From Malacoraja senta (taxonomy: Eukaryota): a DNA stretch of 64,000 nt. Location: the NCBI GenBank assembly GCA_038087875.1, contig JAXLNO010000625.1:1-64000 (forward strand). The letters run 5' to 3'. This document shows, piece by piece, positions 12,356 to 23,717 of this stretch (positions within the stretch are counted from its first letter, which is position 1; every line of letters begins with the position of its first letter). Below the pieces are notes generated by a model. It made no database searches. It was not told the origin of the DNA and saw only the letters and a program-made list of their open reading frames with translations. Both the position numbers and the translations under genes were made by a program.

Positions 12356-13129
12356 GCTCAATTACATGAAAGGTCAGAATGAGAGTGTGGCATGTATTAA
12401 TGCCAAATGAAGATTGGAAATAGAGGCAAGGAAGGAGGACCATGGAGACCTTTGAAAGTGGGACATGGAGGGGAGCAGTTGTACTAACCCATCATCACCT
12501 AAGTCAAAATCAATATTCTCCACCTTCGTGTCCCTCAATGCATCGAATGCTTGTTGGGTGCTGAATAGTTTGAAAATTGACTGAAGAATTTGCATTAAAA
12601 TTAAGACTAAAAAAAATAATCCATATAAAAATTAAAGAGTAGAGATCCAAATTGTGAAGAAGGGTCTCAACCCTAATCATCACCCATTCCTTCTCTCCAG
12701 AGATGCTGCCTGTCCTGCTGAGTTTGTGTCTATTCAAATAGATGTATATTGAATTCAGAATAATTCTGTTGAACCCCTTAAAAAAAAATCAAATCAGCTT
12801 TTCATTTTTCAAAGTATTCCACTTTGATCTGTTCAGGAGGACTAGTTTGATTGAGAATACCAGCTTCAAGTTCCATTACTTCTGTTTAATTTTTCATTAA
12901 TTTGAAACAACGATGACACAGTGGGAGAGATGTGATCCGCGATGAAAATCATTCCGTTCAGGAATTTCAGGGAAGCATGAAAGCATAATTTTGACCATTG
13001 TTCATATTTGGTTGAGGCAGGAATGCCCGATGCATAGGCTGAAATAAAGAAAGAATGGACTTGTTCAGAATTGAAGGAAACTGTTACTTAGAAAACAATC
13101 TCCATAAACAGTTGCAGAGCAATACATTA

Positions 13130-13330
13130 TGAACTACTATCTTCCTCTTTGATGACCCTCGGACTATCCTTGATCGGACTTTGCTGGCTTTACCGTGCAC
13201 TAAGCGTTACTCCCTTATCACTGTGGATGGCTCAATTGTAACCATGTATTGTCTTTCTGCTGACAGGTTAGCATGCAACAAAAGCTTTTCACTGTACCTT
13301 GGTACACCTGACAATAAACTAAACTGAACT
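13130..13330 (+). mobile_element. About 200-bp repeat with Rex1-type 3' tail
   Basis: Ends GCTTTTCACTGTACCTTGGTACACCTGACAATAAACTAAACTGAACT. Second copy at 26190-26392. Confidence 0.7.
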
Positions 13331-13344
13331 GCACAGAACTAACC

Positions 13345-13577
13345 TGATTTTAGTGACCTTGATTGAGCGGTATATATGGGCCAGGAAGAACGTTCCTGCT
13401 TTTCTTCAATATGCTGTCATGGGATCTGCTAATTCCACGATGAGGCTTAATCTGGGGGTGAATTTCCCGGGTGCAACGTTGAAGTGCCAGCCCAGATTTC
13501 TGTGCTTCATTTCCTGGGATGGGTCTTGAACTCACAGCCTTCTGATTCAGAGGTATAATTGCTAAGCGCTGAGCCAC
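13345..13577 (-). mobile_element. SacSINE1-like Deu-domain SINE (old)
   Basis: Minus strand GTGGCTCAG...CCTCTGAATCAGAAGGCTGTGAGTTCAAGACCC...GATCCCATGACAGCATATTGAAGAAAAGCAGG, matching the head and Deu-domain pattern. Confidence 0.7.
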
Positions 13578-14617
13578 AGGCATAGAACACCTGGCGAACA
13601 TGCCAGGTGTATTTACAAGGTTTTTTTTTTAAGCAGCTTAAGCACATATAATAAATATCTCCCAAACCAAAGCTAACTGGATAAATCATAAGTGGTTTAT
13701 AAGTAGGAGTATTTATCATTTTGCATTTTTGCTGCAATTTAATTAATTCATTATATGGCAGAAAGTTTTTACCTAAAACATTTATATATTTGTAGAATTC
13801 TGTCAAAGAAAATCAGCTAAAACTGTCTAGCTGGGATATTTTGCAAATTCCCCACAGAGGCATAAATCCTACAGAAATAAGATTTTCACAGTTATTTGCC
13901 CCTGCAAATGTGATAAATATACCATACATTTATTTTCTATTACTGTTACTGTCATTTCACTTGACTAGCTTAAAGAATTACTTGAAGTTTTAGGACAACA
14001 CAGTGATAGATAACAGACTGCACTGGCGTAAAACAAACAGCCTATTCTTAGTCTAACAAAGAGAATACTATTTCTTTACAGGGACAAAGCAGCTCTTTTG
14101 TCAGCAGCATTTAGGCTATATTTCAAAACCTTCAAACGTTTACACAACAGTACCTTTTAACATTCGCCAGCCAGCATAAAAGTTCCATCTGGTTTCCTTG
14201 AAGAATTTAGTTTACACCATCCAATGCAATTTTTAACACCAGCATAAAGATAATGTCACGCTTTATGTCTGTTTTATGGTGTGGAAAAACGCTACATTTT
14301 CTTTCTTGCAATTTTGATCTTTTTTTTTTTTTCTGAAGTGGATAAAATTTACCACATACTTTATGTAAGCAAATGTAAGCATTGCAGGATAGCTGTATGT
14401 GCCATCACAATGGGACAATGGTTTGTTTCTGTAACAGTTCATGAACTATTAAAAATATATATTTTTACTAGTAAGCACAATGCATAAATAGGTGGAGATA
14501 GTCAAAAATAGACACTGAATTAACAATCAATAATAAATTCCAGTTGGGCAAAGCTGCCATAATTGTAACTATGCCTATAATGACCAGAATAATTAGTGCA
14601 ATAAATGATTAGTTAAT

Positions 14618-14842
14618 AATTTGTGGAATTCTTTGCCACATAAGGCTGTGGAGGCCAAGTTAGTGAATATATTTAAGGCAGAGATAGATAGATTCTCGAT
14701 TAGTACAGGTGTCAGGGGTTATGGGGAGAAGGCAGGAGAATGGGGTTAGGAGGGAGAGATAGATCAGCCATGATTTAATGGCAGAGTAGAATTGATGGGG
14801 CAAATGGCCTAATTCAGCTCCTATCACTTGTGATCTTATGAT
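14618..14842 (+). mobile_element. CR1 3' fragment
   Basis: TGTGGAATTCTTTGCCACA...GGGGAGAAGGCAGGAGAATGGGG. Confidence 0.8.
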
Positions 14843-15074
14843 CTTAATACAATTAAGCCACAAAAGAGGAAATTTGTGAATTTGAACAACATATGGATTT
14901 AAACACATCTTCCACAAATGTTTTAAATAATCAAGATATTCTGAGGTCTTACCCTGATTTTCTGTCAAAGGTTTAGTTAACCACGGCAGAAATATGGCTG
15001 AGAACTCTTTGCATCATATCTTTGGGGACTTTATGAGCCACCACCAAAGTTATTTTAACCTCAATGTTACATTG

Positions 15075-15815
15075 ATCATAAGATCATAAGATCATAAGTG
15101 ATAGGAGCAGAATTAGACAATGGCGGATCAATTTCTCCCTCCTAACCCCATTCTCCTGCCTTCTCCTTATAACCTCTAAAACCTGTACTAATTAATAATC
15201 TATCTATCTCTGCCTTAAATATATCTACTGACGGCCTCCACAGATTTCTATGGCAAAGAATTCCACAGATTCACCACCCTCTGACTAAAGAAATTCCTCC
15301 TCATCTCCTTCCTAAAAAAATATCCTTTAATTCTGAGGCTATGACCTCTAGTCCTAGACTCTCCCACTATTGGAAACATCCTCCACATCCACTCTATCCA
15401 AGCCTTTCATTATTCTATACATTTCAATGAGGTTCCCCCCTCATTCTTCTAAACTCCAGTGAGTACAGGCCCAGTGCCGTCAAACTCTCATCATAGGTTA
15501 ACCTACTCATTCCTGGGATCATTCTTGTAAACCTCCTCTGGATCCTCTCCAGAGCCAGCACACCCTTCCTCAGATATGGTGCTCAAAATTGCTCACAATA
15601 TTCCAAATGCTTCCTGACCCGCGCCTTATAGAGCCTCAGCATTACATCCCTGTTTTTGTATACAAGCCCTCTTGAAATAAATGCTAGCATTGCATTTGCT
15701 TTCTTTATTGCAGATTAACGTTTCGGAAATCCTGCACCGGCACTCCCAAGTCCCTTTGCACCTCCGATTTCAGGATTCTCCCCCCATTTAGAAAATAGTC
15801 TATGCCTTTATTCCT
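15075..15815 (-). mobile_element. CR1 3' fragment
   Basis: (GATCATAA)n tail and a CR1 ORF2 C-terminal remnant. Confidence 0.85.
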
Positions 15816-16199
15816 GATATTGGAATTTGATTACAATATTTAGAGTAGCAAGAGGTGACTGAACATAATGCTTCCAGTTATAAACACTGTCAACATTTAA
15901 GAAAAGATACAAGGTTGTGCTCAAAATCTCTTTGAAAAAATGCGGTATTGCTACCAACTCCATGAATCCCTGGTTCATGAGCAGTCAGAATGGAGAGGGA
16001 GCATTTGGGATGACACTGCCTTGTGCCATTGCCTTCATTGGTCTCCTCAGCACCCACAGAATGAGTGGAGACACATCATCCTTGATTCCAAAGGTCTGCC
16101 TAAGAAGAAGAAAGTCAGCAACAGAAAAGAGAGATAGGAAATTATATTTAGAAGTAATTGTTATGGGTGACATAATGAAGGGTCAATTTGAATTTCATA

Positions 16200-17745
16200 T
16201 AGTGGAGTGATACAGCACTAGAGGAAATGCTGACCAAGAGGCCTCATCTCAGCCAGTCCCATTTGCCTGCATAGGTCCATATTCCTCTCAACCTTTTCAT
16301 TCCACGTACCTGTCCAAATGTCTTTTAAATGCTGTTATTTTACTTGCATCAACTTGTTCATCTGGTAGCTTGTTCCATATACCCACCACTCTCAGTCTGA
16401 AAAGGTTGCTCCAACGGTTCCTTTTAAATCTATCCCATCTCACCTTAAACCTATATGCTCCAGTTCTTGACTCCTTTACACTGGGAAAAAGATGCTGCCT
16501 ATTTCATCTTATGTATTCTTCTCATGATTGTATGCACCTTCGAAAGATCACAGTCTCCTGTGCTCCAAAATATAAACTCCTAGCCTGCTCCACCTCTCCC
16601 AATAGCTCTTGAGTCTTGACAACATCCTCATAAATCTTCTCTGCACTCATTTTAGTTTAATGGCTTCTTTCCCACACCAGGGTGACCAAAACTGAACACA
16701 ATACTCTTTAGTGTGGTCTCACCAATATCTTGTACAAGTGTAACAATATCAGCAAAACAAAGGAAATGGTCATCAACTACAGAAGGCACAGTGCGGATCA
16801 TGCCCCACTCTTCATCAACGGGGACTGTGTCGAGAGGGTTTCCACCTTCAAATTCCTGGGAACGCACATCGCGGAGGACCTCTCCTGGTCTGCCAACACT
16901 TCAGCGGTGGTAAAAAAAAGACCCAGCAGTGATTGCACTTCCTGAGAGTGCTAAGTAAGAACAGTTTAGAGGAGATGCTACTAGTGATCTTCTACTGCTC
17001 CACCATCGAGAGTGTGCTGGCATATTGTATCAAGGTGTGGTATGCCGGGTGCTCAGCAGCAGACAGGAGAGCACTGCAGAGAGTGATCAAAACTGCCTAG
17101 AAAATCATCGGCTGCCCTCTGCCTTCCCTGGATGACATCTCCAGCTCTCGGTGCCTCCGTAGAGGCAGGAAAATAATCAAAGACCCCTTCCATCCTGGAC
17201 AGTCACTGTTCAACCTCCTGCCCTCTGGTAGGCGGTACAGGTGCGTCAAAAGCTGGACAAACAGACTCAAGAACAGTTTCTTTCCCTGGGCCATTAGAAC
17301 TCTAAATTCCTCAACTATCCACACGACATGAGAATGCTGTCATCAATTCCACTATAAAACAGACCACTCAGTTAATATTTCCTCTTTTTAAAATTATTTT
17401 AATGTATTTACTAAATTTAAGTGTAATATTCTCCCAGTGCAAAATAACGTATTGAATGTATTGGATGTGACTTTATCTTGTTCGGACTTCTTTTGGTTGC
17501 ACTGATCAGGAGTAGCTCTCCTAATTTCGTTGTATTTCTAAGTACAATGAGAATGAAGGCTTATTATTATTATTATTATTATTAACATAATGGCCCAATT
17601 TCTATACTCATTTTCCTGCACGATGAAGACCAACATGCCAGAAACTTTCTTCACCATCCTATCTACCCGTGACGCTACTTTCAGGGATTTAAGAGTACTC
17701 ACTTGTACTCTTAAATCCCTTTGCTCTACAACTCTCCAGAGTTCA
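16200..17745 (-). mobile_element. CR1 fragment split by a Rex1 insertion
   Basis: CR1 sequence TGTACAAGTGTAACA|TAATGGCCCAATTTCTATACTC is contiguous once 16746-17582 is removed. Confidence 0.75.
16746..17582 (+). mobile_element. Rex1/Babar-type LINE, 5'-truncated
   Basis: ISKTKEMVINYRR...VERVSTFKFLGTHIAEDLSWSANTSAVVKK...HPGQSLFNLLPSGRRYR. (TTA)n tail. TAACA at both junctions. Confidence 0.88.
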
Positions 17746-17753
17746 CTGTGAGG

Positions 17754-17958
17754 GAGGGGCTCATGTTGTCGACGTCCCTGTGGTGAGCCCAGTTAACTGA
17801 CCTCAGCCAGGCGAACGACAACAAACACAGACAGCAGCAGTGCCGCAGCTTGGCGCCAACCCGGAGCATGCGCCCTTTTTAGGGCGGGCACCTACGGATG
17901 TCGAACCGGATGGCATCACCCTGCTGCAGACTTCTGCTGCCTCAAACGCAAGAAGAAG
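17754..17958 (+). mobile_element. 205-bp non-autonomous Vingi/Ingi-type element with 5' HDV-like ribozyme
   Basis: TSD ACTGTGAGG (17745-17753) / ACTCTGAGG (17959-17967). 3' tail CAAACGCAAGAAGAAG. 5' pseudoknot fold. Confidence 0.75.
17756..17823 (+). ncRNA. HDV-like self-cleaving ribozyme (degenerate copy)
   Basis: P1 GGGGCTC/GAGCCCA, P2 TGTTGTCG/CGACAACA (8/8), P3 ACG/GGT around L3 TCCCTGT, J4/2 GCGAA with candidate catalytic C17812. Confidence 0.7.
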
Positions 17959-18705
17959 ACTCTGAGGCTGACATGAAGGAGGGAGAGGAAAATATAAACA
18001 CAGTTTTAGAATTGTGATACCATTCTGAAATATTTGGGGAGGAATTGAGCTGTCCTTTACATATCAGCAGATTGGTAACATCATTGCATCATACAGTTAT
18101 TTACAATGAAAATAGTTCTTAAGTACAATGTAGAGCAGTGGGTGAGAAATAATTGGCTATAGTGCTCATTCCCCAAGATTAATTTACAAATTAAAATTTC
18201 TCGCATGGAATTCAGCAAACAAAGCACAGAAATACGTGAATTCATATGTTTCCCGAGAAGGAGCGTGGCTCAAATATAATCAGAAAGCTGGTGGACTGCA
18301 GTTGAATGAAAATAAATCCTTCACTGGCTGCCCTCTGGGTCTTGGTTGCATGTGGCTCCAGTAGAGTAGTTGCATCAAAAACCTGTGTTGAGATATATAA
18401 TTTGTCTTCCACCCACGAACGGCAATGATTCAGGAAGGATTCTTTTGTGATCTTCTAATGCGTACCATCCTTGTCAATGATTCACAAAATCCAGTAATCA
18501 AGTTAACTAGGATACATTCAGAAGAGACCTAATAACTCAATACAGCACAACATCTTGGTTATATTCCAACACGATCCGTAACCTCATGATGCTACATTCC
18601 TCCCACTATTAATACTCGACATTCCAAGAGACGAGTTCTTGATTCAATGAGGACTATAGAGAAACATGATATGAGCAGCACCCAACATATCTAAAAAATG
18701 AAGGT

Positions 18706-19359
18706 AGACACCAAATGCTAGAGTAACTCAGCAGGACAGGCAGCATCTGTGGAGAGAATGGAAAGGTGATGGTTTGGATCTGGACCCTACTTCAGACTTA
18801 ATTCTATCTCCAGGATACTGCTTTTGTGTACTGCAGCATCACCAGATGGAATCTCGTTTTAAGGTACGTGTCGGAAGGAACTGCAGATGTTGGTTTACAC
18901 CGAAGATAGACACAGAATGCTGTAGTAACTCAGCGAGACAGGCAGCATCTCTGGAGAGAAGGAATGGGTGATGCTTCGTGTCGAGACCCTTCTTTAGACT
19001 GAGAGTCAGGGGAGAGGTAAGTGAGATATGGAAGGGTACAAAGAACCTATCTCGTTTCCCTTTCCCCTGACTCTTAGTCTGAAGAAGGGTCAAGATCCAA
19101 AACATCACCCATTCCTTCTCTCCAGAGATGCTGCCTGTCTCGCTGAGTTACTGCAGCATTTTGTGTCTGTTTTCGGTGTAAACCAGCATCTGCAGTTCCT
19201 TACGGCACGTACCTTAAAACGAGATTCCAATCTGGTGTAGCTGCAATACACAAAAGCCGTATGCTAGAGATAGAAATAGGGTCCCAACCCAAACCATCAC
19301 CTATCCATTCTCCTCACAGATGCCACCTAGCTTGTTGTGTTACTCCAGCATTTTGTGTT
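18706..19359. repeat. About 650-bp imperfect palindrome of Penelope-associated repeats plus duplicated flank
   Basis: Symmetry centre near 19038 with a 19-nt spacer (19029-19047). For example GAATCTCGTTTTAAGGTACGTG (ends 18870) pairs with CACGTACCTTAAAACGAGATTC (starts 19206). Confidence 0.9.
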
Positions 19360-19408
19360 TTGCTCAGAATTAAATTATCTCAAAAGTCACAGATCAACGC
19401 CCTGATGT

Positions 19409-19499
19409 TCCTCGTTAGTATAATGGTTCATCTTTAGTATAAGGGTTGGTATCCCTGCCTGCCATGTGGGAGACTGGGATTCAATTACATGACAGGGAG
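19409..19499 (+). pseudogene. Degenerate tRNA-Asp pseudogene with duplicated 5' segment
   Basis: TCCTCGTTAGTATAATGGTT then TCTTTAGTATAAGGGTTGGTATCCCTGCCTGCCATGTGGGAGACTGGGATTCAATTACATGACAGGGAG. Confidence 0.7.
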
Positions 19500-19507
19500 A
19501 CAGTTTT

Positions 19508-19812
19508 AGGTGGCATGGTACCGCAGCGATAGAGTGGCTGCTTTACAGTGCCAGAGACCCATGTTCGATCCTGACTACAGGTGCTGGCTGTACGGAGTTT
19601 GTACATTCTCCCCGTGACCATGTGGGTTTCTCTGTGTGCTCCGGTTTCATCCCACACTCCAAAGACTTACAGGTTTGTAGGCTAATTGGCTTCGGTAAAA
19701 AATTTAAATAGTCCCTATTGCGTAGGATAATGCTAGAGTATGGGGATCGCTGGTTGGCGTGGTCTCCGTGGGCCAAAGGGCCTGTTTCCACACTGTATTT
19801 CTAAACTAAACC
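19508..19812 (+). mobile_element. HE1-like V-SINE
   Basis: Full head, V-domain and CTAAA-repeat tail. Confidence 0.85.
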
Positions 19813-20267
19813 AAAGTTCATTAACGTCTGGCTGTAATCAGTAGCAGATAATTAAGCAAGCACTTAAGCAGGAGGTTTCCTGTACCATCTCCAAATACTA
19901 TATTTCAATTATACTCCACTTCGGAAATTAATTTTCTATTGTGTAGTGTGAAGCAAAGCCACTGCCGTATAATGCGTTTGCCAACTGGAGCGTTGTGTAA
20001 ATGTATTCCTTTAATGTCACTGGGTAAAACCCCTTAAGTTTATTATCAACGAGCAAAGTGTGAATAGCCCACATCACATAGTGCCATGATTCCAGCAGTC
20101 ACCTCCCTACCATTTCCCACTTGGCAATTTGGAGCAGGCAACAATACTCAAATCAATGCCATCATCCCATCAATGAAAAATTAACTGAATTAGAATTCAT
20201 CACTTCTCTGTTAATATCCGCAACATTGATTTCTTATCTGTAAACTGCAATGAGCAAGTCTGAATTT

Positions 20268-20472
20268 GGTGGGTGCCTGGAATGTGCTGCCAGGGGTGGT
20301 GGTGGAGGCAGATATGATAGTGGCATTTAAGATGCTTTTAGATAGGTGCATGGATGTGCAGTTAATGGAGGAATATGGATCAAATGCAGGCAGAGATTAG
20401 TTTAACACGGCATTTTATTTGGCATTGATATTGTGGGCTGAAGTTCCTGTGCTGAACTGTTCTATGTTCTAT
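20268..20472 (+). mobile_element. CR1 3' fragment
   Basis: GGTGGGTGCCTGGAATGTGCTGCCAGGGGTGGTGGTGGAGGCAG...TGTTCTATGTTCTATG. Confidence 0.75.
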
Positions 20473-20686
20473 GAATTAGAAACAAATTATCGCCAAAAAG
20501 ACCCTGCTAGTGAAATTCTTGACTTCTTCAGGAGAATACTTTGCAGTTACTCATCAAGGTAACGTTGACAGGACCTCCCAAATTCACTAGCGTTGCCAGC
20601 AAAAATGATAAGAGCAGGAGGCCCCTTGGAATTGCAACTATCTGCGGGTCTCTCCTCATGTTGCTCTCCAACCTGACTTGGAACTA

Positions 20687-20786
20687 GACATCTGAAGAAG
20701 GGTCTCGACCCGAAACGTCACCCATTCCTTCCACCCAGAGATGCTGCCCGTCCCGCTGAGTTGCTCCAGCATTTTGTGTCCATCCT
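20687..20786 (+). mobile_element. 100-bp Penelope-associated mini-insertion with intact hammerhead core
   Basis: 14-bp TSD CTGACTTGGAACTA (20673-20686, 20787-20800). CTGAAGA-A-GGGTCTCGACCC-GAAACGTC at 20692-20719. Confidence 0.8.
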
Positions 20787-21949
20787 CTGACTTGGAACTA
20801 TATCGCCATTCTCTCAGTGATATGAGATCTAAATTCTGGGACTCCCTACCCAGCCGCACTGCGGGTGTAATCTTTACCAGAAGGGCTGCAACAGCTCAAG
20901 AAGGTGGCTCACCACCTCCATCTCCAGGGCAATTAATTATCGGCAATAAATTGTGACCTTGCCAGTGATGCCCACATCCTGGGAAAGTGAGGAGAAGTCA
21001 GGTCAGAGGAGGAAAAGCACATCAACATATTTAATCATGCCTCTTAATAGTACAAACCATGCTTTGGTATTTACCGCTCTCAACCGTTTTCATTTCATTA
21101 TGGACAAAGCGACGTATTCTGCGAGCGTCACTGAATTATAGCTTTTTGATGCTTGGGAAAAGGCAAAAGACTATTTCTTTCTAATTGCTAGATATATAGC
21201 ACATTTGGTTTGGTTGTAATCAAATTAAACACAGCAGGAGCTCTCAGGATGCATTGGTCTCAAGTGTAAAAGTGCGATGGTGATGACAGTTCATACTGTT
21301 TCGATTACTGCTGAAAGCAGGGACTTTACTTTGCTTTTGACCCTTGCTCTTCACTGTCAAGGTAATTTTATTTTTACAAATTTTTCCTCCTTTGGCCTCA
21401 TCTGCAGTTCACCATAAAGGCACCACTGGACAAATTCCCATCATCTGTAGATGATTATGTGGGCTTTTATGGTTGCCCGTGCCTGAACAATGCAAAGAGG
21501 CAAACTTTTAAATGAAAGAGGTCTACTGTTCATGATCAAAAAGTTCAATTATTTTTCTGTCAGGAAAACAGGAGTGCTTTTTTTAGCTGGTCTCATGTGG
21601 TTGCTTCCAAATGCCTTGTTTGAGCAACTTGTGCTTACGATGTAGAAGATGTCACAGACTAACATGATCCTTTGTCACAATGGCATTAATATTGAGTTGT
21701 TAGGTTGATTCTAGTTTTTATTCTTAAGATTGGTATAAAGAAGTCAAGACGACATATATACACTTACACTCAATTTCTCCATCTCTGTCGCATCTAATCC
21801 CAAGTTGGGGTGTTGCACTCGAGGACATCCGACTTGTCCCCTATCCTCAGTTAATGTGTTTCCAACCTTGGTGCCCTGGATGGAGCCCTAACCTGTGTCT
21901 CCTCTCTGTCCTGCGGTTCTGCATACTCTCCTTCCCCCCCTCCCCCTCC

Positions 21950-23210
21950 CGTCAGATGGAACAAGGTTAGAAGTTCCCTGACCCGCACTTTTCACCCCCC
22001 CCCCACTCATTCCCTCTGACATATCCGTGACCTTTAACGTGATCAAACCACAGTCATATCTTCCCATTGCCATTCCCAACCCTCTCCACTTTTGGAGACC
22101 ACTCCCTCTGCAACTCCTGGATTTACTGATCCGTCCCCACTCAACCTGGCCCCTCCACAGATGACCTCCTCGATAACCACAGGAGTAATCACACCTGTCC
22201 CTACATTATTAGGCTATCCCTACATCACCTCTCCCACTTCCATCCAGGGACCCAAGCAGACCATCCAGGTGAGACTGAGGTTCATATGCACATCTTCAAA
22301 CCTCGTCTGATGCATTTGGGGCTTCTGATGTGCCATTCATCACATCGGTGAGAACAAGTGCTGACCAGGTGATTGTTTTGTCAGACACTTGCACCCTGTC
22401 CAGCAAGACTTGCAGGACCTCCTGGCTGCTAACCAATTTAACCTCTCCTGCCAATCCAATACCAACCTTTTTGTCCTTGGCCTCCCCCCATTCCAGAGTG
22501 AGGCCACACACACAAACTGGAGGAACAACACCTCACATTCCGTTTGGTTAGCTAACAACTCAACAGTATGCTCCCTCGGTTTCCTGTGCCCCCCTCACAT
22601 CCCCGCGCACACTAATTTCTCCCACCATCTCCTACCCCCTCCCAGTCAACCTGCTCCTCCCCCATTCCTTCGTACATTCATCTTATATCTCCAAGTCTCA
22701 CATTTCCCTTTTACACTCCTCTTTCCCATGTCACCTGTCTCCCTCCACCCATATCCTGCCTTCTGACTTTACATGTCACTAATTCATCCTCTCTTTATCT
22801 GAAACTCCCTTGTCTCTGTTTCACCTCTAATCTTTGTCACTTACTCCATCCATCTGCCCCATCTCATCTGTATCCACCTATCATTTGCCAGACTTTGTTC
22901 CGGCCCCACCTTTCTTTCCCCGTTTTCTCTACCCAACTACAATCAGTCTGAAGAAGGGTCTCGACCCGAAACGTCACCCTTTCCTTCTCTCCAGAGATGC
23001 TGCCTGTCCCACTGAGTTACTCCAGCATTTTGTGTCTACCTTTGATTTTCACCAGCATCTGCAGTTATTCCTTATACAATCAGTCTGAATTTGGGTTCCG
23101 ACCTGAAATGTCATCTGTCCATTCCCTCCACAGATCAGCCTGATCCTCTGAATTCCTTCAACACTTTGCTTTTTCTTGGAGATTCCAGCATCTATAGTGT
23201 CCTGTGTCTC
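21950..23210 (+). mobile_element. Penelope-like element 3' part (decayed GIY-YIG endonuclease plus 3' repeat)
   Basis: SIQGPKQTIQVRLRFICTSSNLV*CI...HIGE (GIY-YIG region), pyrimidine-rich UTR, then two tandem hammerhead-core repeats. Confidence 0.8.
22945..22978 (+). ncRNA. Minimal type I hammerhead ribozyme core (Penelope-type)
   Basis: CTGAAGA (22948-22954), extra A, stem II GGGTC-TC-GACCC, GAA, palindromic ACGT, putative cleavage after C22975. Stem I is only about 2 bp. Confidence 0.6.
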
Positions 23211-23717
23211 CATAAATAACAATGAGATGGTTTAGATGCCATGATCGTCGAGGAATATTTGCATTGGGAGGCCACAAATTTCCTACCACTGTTCTTTTGC
23301 CCTCCTGCTGTAACCCATCTCATTTCAGATTACAATAAACCCTTGTTATAACGGACCATGGGAGGGGGTCTGTTGTTGCCGATTGTCTGCTAAAACGGAG
23401 TACGATGTTATCATTGTATAAGTAGAAACAAACAACTGTAGTTGTTGGATCATACACAAAATTACACAAAGTCATGGAGTAACTCAGCAGGTCATACAGC
23501 ATCTCTGGAGAACATTCTTCTTGTTTCCCGATAGTTCTTGATTACTCTGCTGCGAATGATTGAGGAAATATTCTTCAGCCAGTCCTTGGTAACAAAATGA
23601 TCTTCACCTCAAACACTCGAAATAAAGTGCTGAAGCAGCCTTCTAAGTTACAGATGTAACCAGGCGTTACCATTCACCAGCAAGCAGGTCAGAGCTTGGC
23701 ATTGTAAATGTTTTTTT

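Noticed and set aside
15900..16070. Possible RTE LINE C-terminal remnant (KRYKVVLKISLKKCGI)
   Set aside because: Too short and degenerate to delimit or classify with confidence.
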